From the NCBI GenBank assembly GCA_043817235.1, contig JBDRHA010000006.1, positions 78,401 through 142,400 on the forward strand: a DNA stretch of 64,000 bases. The letters are read 5' to 3'. The DNA is from Candidatus Shapirobacteria bacterium. Lineage in GTDB: Bacteria > Patescibacteriota > Microgenomatia > UBA12405 > BS750m-G30. Under the pieces are notes generated by a model. The model did no database searches. It was not told the DNA's origin and saw nothing but the letters and a program-made list of their open reading frames with translations. The translations under genes and the position numbers were made by a program. Shown here piece after piece: positions 27,473 to 36,965 of this stretch (position 1 is its first letter; every line of letters starts with the position of its first letter).

Positions 27473-29146
27473 ATGAAATATTCAAAAATTTTTGGCAAGA
27501 CAGTAAAAAGTGTACCGGCAGATGCGGTAGCAGTTAGTCATAAATATTTATGGCAAGGCGGTTTTATTCGCCGCTTTTCGACCGGCCGCTACGGTTTTTT
27601 GCCGTTAGGCTATCGGGTATGGCTAAAAATCTACCGGATTATTCAGGAAGAAATGGACAAAATCGGCTGTCAGCAGTTGGTCGTGCCCACTTTGCATCCG
27701 GTAGAAGTTTGGAAAAAAACCAGCCGAGACGAGGCTTTTGGCGAGGAAATGCTGGTTGTGGCTGACCACTACGGCAATGAGTTTATTTTGGGAGCGACGG
27801 CCGAGGGAATGATGGTCGAGCTGGTTAAAATGTTTTCGCCTTCTTATAAAGATCTGCCGATTGATATTTATGAATTTTCCTCAAAGTTTCGGGATGACAA
27901 GCGGCCGCGAGGAGGGATATTGCGGGTTAGGGAATTTATGATGAAAGATGCTTATAATTTTTGCGCGAACGAAAAGCAACTCCAAAAAGGCTACGAAAAA
28001 TATTTTCAATCTTACTTGCGGATTGCCAAAAAGCTGGAACTGGCGGTTATCCCGGTGGAAGCAGATTCTGGGGCAATCGGCGGCAGTTTATCGCATGAAT
28101 TTTTGATGGAAGGGGATTTTGGCGACCAGACCTTTTTTGTTTGTGAGAAATGCGGATATGCGGCGAATATTGAAAAAGCGGAATTTTACCGTGAACCCCT
28201 TAACCTGCAGGAAAAAGAAAAGACTTTTAAGATTATTGATCAGCCGGAATGGGTGTGCACTATGGCTGACAACCAAAAGCATTACAAAGAGCCGCCTTGG
28301 CGCTATTTAAAAAATGTTGTTTACAAAGATAAAAAAGGGAAAATTATTATTGCCTCGGTGCGGGGCGATCAAGAGGTTAATGAAATTAAACTAAAAAGAG
28401 CTTTAGGGCTTGATTCTTTGGAGCCGGCGACAGATAGGGATCTAAAAAAAATAGGGACAAAGCCCGGTCACGTTCATTCCTGGGGAATTAAGGGGGCTGT
28501 TTATATTGGCGATTTGGGCTTAAAAGCGGTGAAAAATTTTATTGGCGGCCAAAAAGAGAAAAAAACAGATTCTGTTAATGTTAATTACGGTCGGGATTTC
28601 AAGTACGATTTATTGGCGGACATAGTGGATGCGAAAGCCGGCGATAAATGCGCTTTTTGCAAAGGAAAACTGGTGGAAAAAAAGGGAGTCGAGTGGGGCC
28701 ATACTTTTAAAATCGACCGTTTTTATACCAAAAAACAGGAGGGTTATTTTACTAATAAAAAAGGTGAGCAAAAATATCTTTGGATGGGCTCTTATGGCAT
28801 TGGCATAGATCGCAGTTTAGCGACAATCGTTGAGGCCCATCATGACAATAGGGGTATTATCTGGCCCGAGTCGGTAGCTCCTTTTAAATATCACCTTATT
28901 GGTCTTGACCTTCATGAAAAGGAAGTTAAAGATCGGGCCGAGAGAGTTTATGAGAATTTAGTTCAAAAAGGAGAAGAAGTTTTGTATGATGATCGGGAAA
29001 ATATTAGCGCCGGCGAAAAATTTGCGGACGCCGATTTAATTGGCATTCCTTATCGCTTGGTTATTAGCAAAAAAACCAAAGAAAAAATTGAAGTAAAAAA
29101 GCGAGCGCAAAAAACTTCTAAATTGACTAGCCTTTCTCAGATTTAG
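27473..29146 (+). CDS. proS: Prolyl-tRNA synthetase
   Basis: KFRD, RVREFMMKDAY, SHEF, MGSYGIG, GEKFADADLIG. Confidence 0.96.
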   Translation: MKYSKIFGKTVKSVPADAVAVSHKYLWQGGFIRRFSTGRYGFLPLGYRVWLKIYRIIQEEMDKIGCQQLVVPTLHPVEVWKKTSRDEAFGEEMLVVADHYGNEFILGATAEGMMVELVKMFSPSYKDLPIDIYEFSSKFRDDKRPRGGILRVREFMMKDAYNFCANEKQLQKGYEKYFQSYLRIAKKLELAVIPVEADSGAIGGSLSHEFLMEGDFGDQTFFVCEKCGYAANIEKAEFYREPLNLQEKEKTFKIIDQPEWVCTMADNQKHYKEPPWRYLKNVVYKDKKGKIIIASVRGDQEVNEIKLKRALGLDSLEPATDRDLKKIGTKPGHVHSWGIKGAVYIGDLGLKAVKNFIGGQKEKKTDSVNVNYGRDFKYDLLADIVDAKAGDKCAFCKGKLVEKKGVEWGHTFKIDRFYTKKQEGYFTNKKGEQKYLWMGSYGIGIDRSLATIVEAHHDNRGIIWPESVAPFKYHLIGLDLHEKEVKDRAERVYENLVQKGEEVLYDDRENISAGEKFADADLIGIPYRLVISKKTKEKIEVKKRAQKTSKLTSLSQI

Positions 29147-29168
29147 GGTAGGGATTATTGAGAGGATT

Positions 29169-29330
29169 TGTCATCCCGAGTGTAACCGAGGGATCTTTCT
29201 CTTGTTTAATTTCCAAAAGATTCCTCGACTTCGCCCCGCGAATCGCGGGGCTTCGCTCGGAATGACAGATTAAATAGTCATCCTGAGCATAGCCGAAGGA
29301 TCTTTCTATCTTGACTCGCTCGCAATGACA
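29169..29330. repeat. Composite GTCAT...ATGAC palindromic repeats
   Basis: Both arms nearly identical to 7845-7953; second element GTCATCCTGAG...TCGCAATGACA. Confidence 0.88.
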
Positions 29331-29353
29331 TGAGTCTTTTACTATAATAAATC

Positions 29354-30283
29354 ATGTCCAAAGACCTGCCTTATTATTTAGCTTTTAACTTTTTTGGCAA
29401 AATCGACCCATCGCGCTTTAAAGTTCTTCTTGACTATTTTGGCTCAGCAAAAAGGCTTTGGGAAGCGACCCGAGCGGAGCTAAAATCCACGGGATTATCT
29501 GGCCGCCTTATTAATGATTTTTTAGAATTCCAATCGATTTTTGACCCGCAAAAAGTTAATTTTACTAAAGAAAACTGGAATATCCCTTATGATAATTTCT
29601 CCTGGTATAAAGAAATTAAAGATTACCAAAAATGCTTAGCAGGCAAGATCACTATCCTAACCTGGCAAGACAAACATTACCCCAAAGTTTTAAAAAATAT
29701 TATTAATCCGCCGCCGGTTTTGTATGTTAAAGGCAAACTGCCTTCTTCAAAAAAGGCTTTGGCCGTTATTGGTAGCCGCAGTGCGAGCGTTTATGGCCGG
29801 CAAAATACCCAAAAGTTTGTTCAAGATTTAGTAAAAAATAAGATTACTATAATTTCTGGCTTGGCCCGGGGAATAGACGCGATTGCGCACCAAACGGCTC
29901 TTGATAATAACGGCCAAACTATTGCCGTTTTAGGATCAGGAATTAACGTTGCTTATCCCTATCAAAATAAAAATATTTACTTAAAAATTATTAACGGCGG
30001 GGGAGCGGTAATTTCTGAATTTCCTCCTTTTTATCCGCCGTACGCGCCAAACTTTATCCAAAGAAACCGGATTATTTCCGGTTTGTCAAAAGCAGTTTTA
30101 GTGGTGGAGGCCGGAAAAAGATCCGGCAGCTTGGTGACGGCTCGGTTGGCAGGGGAGCAGGGTAGAGAAGTAATGGCCATTCCCGGGCCGATCAATTCGC
30201 CGCTTTCCGCTGGAACTTCTTATCTTTTATCCCAAGGAGCAAAACTGGTGACAAAAGTGGAAGATATCTTAGAAGAGCTCTAG
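29354..30283 (+). CDS. dprA: DNA processing protein DprA
   Basis: PPPVLYVKG, VIGSR, SGLARGID, RNRIISGLS, SGSLVTA. Confidence 0.95.
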   Translation: MSKDLPYYLAFNFFGKIDPSRFKVLLDYFGSAKRLWEATRAELKSTGLSGRLINDFLEFQSIFDPQKVNFTKENWNIPYDNFSWYKEIKDYQKCLAGKITILTWQDKHYPKVLKNIINPPPVLYVKGKLPSSKKALAVIGSRSASVYGRQNTQKFVQDLVKNKITIISGLARGIDAIAHQTALDNNGQTIAVLGSGINVAYPYQNKNIYLKIINGGGAVISEFPPFYPPYAPNFIQRNRIISGLSKAVLVVEAGKRSGSLVTARLAGEQGREVMAIPGPINSPLSAGTSYLLSQGAKLVTKVEDILEEL

Positions 30284-30292
30284 TTTCCCCTC

Positions 30293-30322
30293 TTGACAAA
30301 AACCCATATTAGACCTTATACT
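30293..30322 (+). promoter_or_regulatory. Sigma70-type promoter upstream of a structured intergenic region
   Basis: TTGACA-18 nt-TATACT. Confidence 0.55.
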
Positions 30323-30328
30323 TCGCCC

Positions 30329-30683
30329 AGTGCTATTTGGCAATCACCTATTCCTTTTGACATTGGCGTCGAAAGAAGGTGGGTTGCTCACCGGGAGCCC
30401 TGTAGACCTTAAGGAGGTCAGATGCATAGAATCAGGGCTGTTTTACCGGAGGGGAGATAGCTTTTTTTGCCGGAATCAAGCCGCCGGCACCGGCAGGTAG
30501 CTTTTCTCTCCTAAAAAACTAGCGAGGGTCGGGCGGCAGGCCCAAAAGGTTCTTTTACAGGTGGTGCTGGGATCGGACACAGACGAGATCGGGGTTTCGC
30601 GCTTCTTAGCGCAGTTGACTCACTGTCATATACCCCTTTTTTCTTGTCGCTTTTTGTCCTCCCCCAGCACCACCCCAGTTTTT
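30329..30683 (+). ncRNA. Unidentified large structured RNA candidate
   Basis: Five stem-loop domains, a loop-loop pseudoknot, plus-strand G-U pairs, terminal T-tract, no long ORF. Confidence 0.55.
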
Positions 30684-30749
30684 CAATCTTTTTTAACTTT
30701 CCCCACTAAATACTAAAATTTCTAATCTCTTCTCGACGGTGAGCAGATT

Positions 30750-31397
30750 TTGATAAAATGCAATATGAACGAAACAGATGAATTTCTAGAAAAATTGGGT
30801 ATTAAACCAGCCTCTTCGGATTTTAACGATTTTATTAGGAAAACTAAAGAAAAAGCAGAAAGATCTAGGCCCGGATCAGATCAGAGACTGGTAGACTCTC
30901 TTCGCACATTCAATAACGAAATTGCAACAAAAATAGATTTAGTTTACTACCCTTGTTGCGGTCTTGATATAAGTCCGTCAGTTGCTTTTCCTGAGAGCAA
31001 GGTTGTCTACGTGGATAGCGATCGGATGACTATTAATAAGCTTATCTTAGCGGGATACGAGGCTCATAATGCATCGGCGCTGGAATATCAACTTAAACAG
31101 AAGGCTGACATTGTATTAATAGTGAATCCTACAGATATTGATCTTAATAACATATGTCAACAAGCTGGCGGCAATGGTTTTGTTTTGTGCAATAACTACC
31201 ATGCAACCGCTACCGCCATGGCGAGTAATGAGGATTACGAATTGACCGGCTATCTTGATTGGAGTGAAGAAGAAAGTAAGTATGTAGAAGACAGAAAAGA
31301 AGCGCTTGAGGAAATGAGGAGCAAAAGAGATGTCGATATTTTGTTTGTTTTTAGAAGAAAAGCAGATGCGGAAGGCTTTGATCGAATATCTCAATGA
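30750..31397 (+). CDS. Hypothetical protein, SAM-methyltransferase-like
   Basis: VYYPCCGLD...VVYVD resembles a class I MTase motif I/II. Confidence 0.5.
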   Translation: MIKCNMNETDEFLEKLGIKPASSDFNDFIRKTKEKAERSRPGSDQRLVDSLRTFNNEIATKIDLVYYPCCGLDISPSVAFPESKVVYVDSDRMTINKLILAGYEAHNASALEYQLKQKADIVLIVNPTDIDLNNICQQAGGNGFVLCNNYHATATAMASNEDYELTGYLDWSEEESKYVEDRKEALEEMRSKRDVDILFVFRRKADAEGFDRISQ

Positions 31398-31705
31398 AGA
31401 TAATTTCCGTAGTTAATGTCTTTGTTAAGAAAAAATATAGCGCAACCAACCACTTATCCATCCCTGGTTATCCCCCAGTAATCATCTATATCTATAAAGG
31501 AAGAAAGGAAGAGTTTTGAAAGGAACTATTAAGCCAGCAGATAAAAATATTGAAAAAGCCAAATGGATAACGCCCAAAAGTCTTCTTGCTTCTCTTGAGA
31601 AAAATAATTATCCCCAAAATCAACTTGCCAAAATTAGAAAGTTTTTAGAATCTTGCTAGCCCTGGTCTTGCCGACGATGAAGGTGGATTTGGTAGAATAA
31701 AAGTA

Positions 31706-32374
31706 ATGAAGGATAGTTCAAAAGTAATTAGTTTTTCAGAATTTTTAGAGAATATTTTTCAACAAGCCGATATTGTTGCTTTGGGCGAGACGGTGCATGC
31801 AAAACACCTAGATATTTTTAAAGAATTTGACCATCTTAGCAAAAAAGTAAAAAATAGTCTTTCGGGAGTATTTTTGGAATTTCCTAATAATCTTCAGTCT
31901 TCTGTAAATCATTATTTAAAAACAGGTAAATTTAATAGTAATCTGTTGAATTTTCTTAAAGGAGCCGCCAAGGAAGGTAAAGATTTCCAAAAAATGTATA
32001 GGAGCATTTTTGGTTTTGCCCGAAAATTAAACATTCTCGTTATTTGCACTGATTCAAGTAAAGCACCCAATGGAGAATATCAAAAAAGATATCATCAAAA
32101 TCCTACTTGGTTTATGAAGGGAAAATCAAGAGATGAGGATATGGCTAATATTATTAAAAAGCAATACAGACAAAGAGAGGGCAAGTGGTTTTTTATCGCC
32201 CACTTGGGCCATGCTGGCTATGAAATTACTTATGATAATCATGTGCCGGCGGGAAAAATCCTAAAAAGAGAACTTCAAGATAAATATTATTGCATTGGTC
32301 TAGTTAAGCAAGAGGCAAAGAAAAACACGTTTAGGTCTACCGCCAAAATGGCCGATGCCTTTTTGATTATTTAA
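31706..32374 (+). CDS. EreA/ChaN-like protein
   Basis: IVALGET.H, VFLE, RDEDMA, HLGH pattern. Confidence 0.55.
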   Translation: MKDSSKVISFSEFLENIFQQADIVALGETVHAKHLDIFKEFDHLSKKVKNSLSGVFLEFPNNLQSSVNHYLKTGKFNSNLLNFLKGAAKEGKDFQKMYRSIFGFARKLNILVICTDSSKAPNGEYQKRYHQNPTWFMKGKSRDEDMANIIKKQYRQREGKWFFIAHLGHAGYEITYDNHVPAGKILKRELQDKYYCIGLVKQEAKKNTFRSTAKMADAFLII

Positions 32375-32391
32375 AACAAAGAGCAAGAGAC

Positions 32392-32419
32392 TGTTTCGAT
32401 GTATCGATACATCGAAACA
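32392..32419. repeat. Perfect 28-bp palindrome identical to 17858-17885
   Basis: TGTTTCGATGTATCGATACATCGAAACA. Confidence 0.9.
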
Positions 32420-32496
32420 CTTGGGGCATTGCATCTTGCTGCAACTCTTTTAGCCTTGACTCTGTTTTAGAAAGCAAATTTTAGTAGAATTGAGGG

Positions 32497-32601
32497 ATGG
32501 CCGAGAAAAAACATTTCCATCAAAAACTAGTTAGGGATAAGATTCCTCAAGTGATAGATGCGGCGGGTGGAGAATATGAAACGAGAATTTTTTTGGCTTG
32601 A
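32497..32601 (+). pseudogene. N-terminal remnant of an NTP pyrophosphohydrolase (COG4997-like)
   Basis: MAEKKHFHQKLVRDKIPQVI... carries the KLVRDKIP signature and stops after 34 aa. Confidence 0.65.
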
Positions 32602-32670
32602 TCTTCAGGCAAAGCGGGAAAGTAAATTTGCTATAGATTAGTAAATATGCTATTTTTTTCTGAAATTCTA

Positions 32671-34674
32671 ATGAAAAAGTTAATTGTGGTGGAATCACCG
32701 ACCAAGGCCAAAACGATCGGTAAATTTTTGGGCAGTGACTATAGCATTATAGCGACTATGGGTCACATTCGCGATTTGCCGAGCAAGAGATTTGCCATCA
32801 AAATTACCGAAAAGAAGGAAATTCATTTTGAGCCGCAGTATAAAATTATTCCCAATAAAAGGGAAGTAGTGGATAAGCTAAAAAACAATATTAAAAAGGC
32901 AGATAAGGTGATTTTAGCGACAGACCCGGATCGGGAAGGGGAGGCAATCGCCCATCACGTATACGTGGTGGGCTCAAGTTCAAAATTCAAAGTTCAAAAT
33001 TCAAAGTTTTCCAGAATTGTTTTTCATGAGATTACGGAAAAAGCAGTAGAAGAAGCCTTAAAAAATCCTCATGGTCTGAACCAGGATTTGGTGAACGCTC
33101 AGCAAGCCAGAAGAATGTTAGACCGAATTGTGGGCTATAAACTTTCTCCTTTGCTTTGGCGCAAAGTAAGAAGGGGCTTGTCTGCCGGGCGGGTGCAGTC
33201 AGTGGCAGTGCGCCTAATTGTGGAAAGGGAAAGAGAGATTAAGAATTTTTCCCAAAAAGACTATTGCCGGGCTTGGGTGCTTTTTCGGACCCAAAAAGGT
33301 GGAGAGTTTTTAGCCGAGTTAATTAAAATAAAAGATAATAAAGTCGAGACAAAAGAAAAGTTTGATTTATTTGCTGGGAATTATCAAGTAGTTCAGACTA
33401 TTTTGGAGAGCGAGAAAGAAGCGGAAAAAATAATTTTGGATTTATTGGGCAAGCCAAAAATAGAAAGAATTGAAGAAAAAGAAAAATCTTATTACCCCTC
33501 TCCTCCTTTTACTACTTCTACTTTACAGCAAACTGCTTCTCGGAAATTTGGCTGGTCTTCGCGCCTGACAATGCAGGTGGCCCAGGGCCTTTATGAGCGT
33601 GGGTTGATTAGTTATCATCGCACTGACTCTACTAGCCTTAATCAGGATTTTGTCAGTAAAGCAAGAAATTATGTTAAGGAAAAATACGGCCAAAAGTATT
33701 TACCCTCGAAAGCGATTTTTTACAAGACAAAAACCAGACTTGCCCAGGAGGCGCACGAAGCTATTCGGCCGGTTAATAGCCAAAAAGAGAAATTGATTAA
33801 AGCAAATCATCGCGAACAAAGCCTTTATCGGCTTATTTGGCAAAGAAGCATTGCCTGCCAAATGAGTCCGGCCAAGATTGCGGCTACAAAGGTGATTGTT
33901 CAGGACGGGTCTTTGGAGTTTCAGGCAAACGGAACAAGGCTGGTTTTTTCGGGATTTTCTAAGGCCTATCCGATGGTTTTTTCCGAAAATAATTTGCCCG
34001 AGTTGAAAGAAAAAGAAGCTTTGGATTATATTCACTTGGGAATAACCTCTCACCAGACTCAGTCGCCGCCCCGCTACAATGAAGCTTCCTTAATTAGGAC
34101 TTTAGAAAAAGAAGGCATTGGCCGGCCCTCAACTTACGCGCCCATTATTTCTTTGATCCAAAAAAGATCTTACGTAGAAAAAGAAGAAAAAGTATTTTTG
34201 CCCACCAATTTAGGAATTGCGGTTAACGACTTTTTGGTCAGCAATTTTCCTAAAATTCTGAACCTTCCTTTTACGGCCGGATTAGAAAATGATTTAGACG
34301 AAGTGGCTAAGGGGAAAAAAGAATGGATGAGGGTTTTGGCAAACTTTTGGCAGCCGTTTATTAAAAAAGTGGAGCTGAGTAAAGAAAAAGCCGAAAGAGT
34401 GAAAATAGAAGTAGAGGAGCTGGATGAAAAATGTCCCCAATGCAAAAAGGGAAACCTAATAATTAGGATTGGCCCCTATGGTAAATTCATCGCTTGCTCG
34501 GCTTTTCCGGAGTGCAAGTATAAGCGTTCTTTTGTTGTGGAAGCGGGTTTTGTTTGCCCGGAATGTGACTCAAGCGCGGTGCTAAAAAGGACTAAGCGGG
34601 GAAAAACATTTTACGGATGCTCTAATTATCCTTCTTGCAAGTGGGCCTCTTGGAAAAAGCCGAAGAAAGAGTAG
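32671..34674 (+). CDS. topA: DNA topoisomerase I
   Basis: VESPTKAKT, DPDREGE, SAGRVQS, SYHRTDS, AHEAIRP, C4 zinc fingers. Confidence 0.96.
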   Translation: MKKLIVVESPTKAKTIGKFLGSDYSIIATMGHIRDLPSKRFAIKITEKKEIHFEPQYKIIPNKREVVDKLKNNIKKADKVILATDPDREGEAIAHHVYVVGSSSKFKVQNSKFSRIVFHEITEKAVEEALKNPHGLNQDLVNAQQARRMLDRIVGYKLSPLLWRKVRRGLSAGRVQSVAVRLIVEREREIKNFSQKDYCRAWVLFRTQKGGEFLAELIKIKDNKVETKEKFDLFAGNYQVVQTILESEKEAEKIILDLLGKPKIERIEEKEKSYYPSPPFTTSTLQQTASRKFGWSSRLTMQVAQGLYERGLISYHRTDSTSLNQDFVSKARNYVKEKYGQKYLPSKAIFYKTKTRLAQEAHEAIRPVNSQKEKLIKANHREQSLYRLIWQRSIACQMSPAKIAATKVIVQDGSLEFQANGTRLVFSGFSKAYPMVFSENNLPELKEKEALDYIHLGITSHQTQSPPRYNEASLIRTLEKEGIGRPSTYAPIISLIQKRSYVEKEEKVFLPTNLGIAVNDFLVSNFPKILNLPFTAGLENDLDEVAKGKKEWMRVLANFWQPFIKKVELSKEKAERVKIEVEELDEKCPQCKKGNLIIRIGPYGKFIACSAFPECKYKRSFVVEAGFVCPECDSSAVLKRTKRGKTFYGCSNYPSCKWASWKKPKKE

Positions 34675-34679
34675 GAGGT

Positions 34680-34768
34680 TGTCATCGCGATCCCGTGTGG
34701 GATTACAATGACAAGGCAGATTGCCGCGTCACTCCGTTCCTCGCAATGACAATACTTTCGCAATGACA
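34680..34768. repeat. Degenerate GTCAT...ATGAC repeats
   Basis: TGTCATCGCGA..., GATTGCCGCG...CTCGCAATGACA, TTCGCAATGACA. Confidence 0.8.
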
Positions 34769-34829
34769 TTTGTTCGGGTCACGCCTGGTGTGTGATAATT
34801 AGTATAGTGTATTATAATAAGTATCAAGC

Positions 34830-36965
34830 ATGGAAGAAGAAACATTCCGCTTTTTGGAAATAAGGATTCCTAAAGACAATGAGTATACTGTTGAGCAGAC
34901 TCAGGCTTTGCTTAGCAACTTAAGTTTGTGGAAAAAAAGTTTTCTTTTTTTAAAAAAACCGCTTCCCGTTTCTTTGGAAATTGCTTGTATTGAGCAAAAG
35001 ATCTATTTTATTGTTGGTGTGCCCACGGCTCAAATTAATTTTTTCCAATCTCAAGTGCTTGCCCAATACAAAGACTGCTTGCTTACTCCGGCTAAAGACT
35101 ACTTGGCTAGCTTGAATAGAAATGAGTTTTCTGTTTTGCGTCTTTCTTTGGCTCGGCCCTGGTATTTACCCTTAAAAACTGCGGACCAGTTTGACCAAGT
35201 TGACCCCCTTTCTTCGGTTTTAGCGACTATGGCCAAAAACGCCAAAAGTGAAGACATTATTGTTTACCAGCTCCTCCTTTTGCCGGTATCCAAGGGCTGG
35301 CAGGCGAATTTAATTAATTTTGCCAACGCAGGCGGAGGAAAAGACGAGAATGGCCGCGCCTTAGCCCACCCTCAAAAAAGTGAAATAGAGCTTAAGGCTG
35401 CCCATGCTGGTTTTTGTGGTCACTTAAGAATCTTTTCTAATAATTCTGAGGCCTTGTCTGCTTTATCCGGAAGCTTTGGCGCTTTTGCCAGCTCTTCCGG
35501 AAACTATTTAACTACTGCCAAGCCTGGAAGTTTTTCCAAGAAAAAGTGGCAAAAGGCTTTTTTTGAACGAAAAGTAATTGGCAAAGGCCAAATCCTTAAT
35601 GATCTGGAGATTTCTTCTCTTTGGCATCTTCCAACGGCTTTAATTACTTTGCCTAATATTGCCTGGGGTAGAAAAATAGTTTCCGAGGCGCCGGAAAATC
35701 TACCCATTGCCGAAGGATTAGGAAAGGAAGAAAAACAACAAATTACCTTTATTGCTCAAACTGAGTATAAAAACCAACTGATGACCTTTGGAATCAAAAG
35801 GAAAGACCGCTCCCGCCATGTTTATACGATCGGTAAAAGCGGCACGGGTAAAACAACTTTAGTGGCTAACATGGCTATTGAAGATATTAGAAAAGGCGAG
35901 GGAGTGGGAGTAGTTGATCCGCATGGAGATTTAATGCAAATTCTGCTTCAATATATTCCTAAAAATAGGATCAATGATGTTTGCTATTTTAATCCGTCTG
36001 ACCCGGAATATACTTATCCGCTAAATCCTTTGGAGGTGAATAATCCCTCTCAAAGAGAATTAGTCGCTTCGGGAATTGTATCCATTTTTTACAAACTTTA
36101 TGGCGATTCCTGGGGGCCGAGACTAGAGCATATTTTGCGCAATTGTCTGCTTAGCTTAACGGCTGTGCCCGATACTACTTTGGGGGATGTTATTAGAATT
36201 TTAACGGACAGAGGCTACCGCCAAAAAATAGTGGAAAAACTGGACGACCGAACCTTAAAGGCCTTTTGGGAAAAGGAGTTTCAGGGGATGGGGGATCGGC
36301 TAAGAGCTGAAGCAATTTCCCCTATTTTAAACAAGGTTGGCCAGTTCGTTACCTCTCCTTTAATCCGCCAGGTTTTGGCTTATCCTAAAAGCCGGGTGAA
36401 AATTGAAGAAATTATGAATCAGGGGAAAATTTTACTGGTGGATCTTTCTTCCGGAAAAATAGGGGAGGACAACTCCGCTTTATTGGGAGCAATGATTATT
36501 ACTCAAATTCAATTAGCGGCGATGAACCGAGTTTATACTCCGGAGGAAAAAAGACGCGATTTTTACTTATATGTTGATGAGTTTCAGAATTTTGCTACCC
36601 GAGCTTTTATTAAAATTCTTTCCGAGGCCCGAAAGTTTAAACTTAATTTGACAGTGGCTAACCAGTATATGGCTCAGCTTGATGAAGAAGTGCAAAAAGC
36701 AATTTTGGGCAACGTGGGGAGCATTATTACCTTTTTGGTGGGCTCTAATGATGCTCAGGTTTTAGACAAAGAATTTGGCAAGGATTTTACTCCGGACGAT
36801 CTGGTTTCTTTAGGCCGCTTTCAAATACTGATGCGCTTGGCTATTGACTGGCAAACAAGCAATCCTTTTTACGCTGTCACCTTGCCGCTTCCGGATTGCG
36901 TTAATAAAAATCGAGAAAAAATTATTAAGATGTCCCAAATGCAGTTTGGGAGAAAGAAGAGCTAA
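34830..36965 (+). CDS. VirD4/TraG-HerA-like ATPase (CPR-type, DUF87)
   Basis: DRSRH, GKSGTGKT, DPHGD, WGPRLEHILR, YVDEFQNF, SEARKF, GNVG. Confidence 0.88.
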   Translation: MEEETFRFLEIRIPKDNEYTVEQTQALLSNLSLWKKSFLFLKKPLPVSLEIACIEQKIYFIVGVPTAQINFFQSQVLAQYKDCLLTPAKDYLASLNRNEFSVLRLSLARPWYLPLKTADQFDQVDPLSSVLATMAKNAKSEDIIVYQLLLLPVSKGWQANLINFANAGGGKDENGRALAHPQKSEIELKAAHAGFCGHLRIFSNNSEALSALSGSFGAFASSSGNYLTTAKPGSFSKKKWQKAFFERKVIGKGQILNDLEISSLWHLPTALITLPNIAWGRKIVSEAPENLPIAEGLGKEEKQQITFIAQTEYKNQLMTFGIKRKDRSRHVYTIGKSGTGKTTLVANMAIEDIRKGEGVGVVDPHGDLMQILLQYIPKNRINDVCYFNPSDPEYTYPLNPLEVNNPSQRELVASGIVSIFYKLYGDSWGPRLEHILRNCLLSLTAVPDTTLGDVIRILTDRGYRQKIVEKLDDRTLKAFWEKEFQGMGDRLRAEAISPILNKVGQFVTSPLIRQVLAYPKSRVKIEEIMNQGKILLVDLSSGKIGEDNSALLGAMIITQIQLAAMNRVYTPEEKRRDFYLYVDEFQNFATRAFIKILSEARKFKLNLTVANQYMAQLDEEVQKAILGNVGSIITFLVGSNDAQVLDKEFGKDFTPDDLVSLGRFQILMRLAIDWQTSNPFYAVTLPLPDCVNKNREKIIKMSQMQFGRKKS

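Noticed and set aside
30329-30683. RNase P RNA, tmRNA or a known riboswitch
   Set aside because: No GAGGAAnGUC core, T-arm/CCA end or recognisable aptamer on either strand
34830-36965. Conjugative element implied by the VirD4-like ATPase
   Set aside because: No relaxase, VirB4 or mating-pair genes nearby; stand-alone copies are typical of CPR chromosomes
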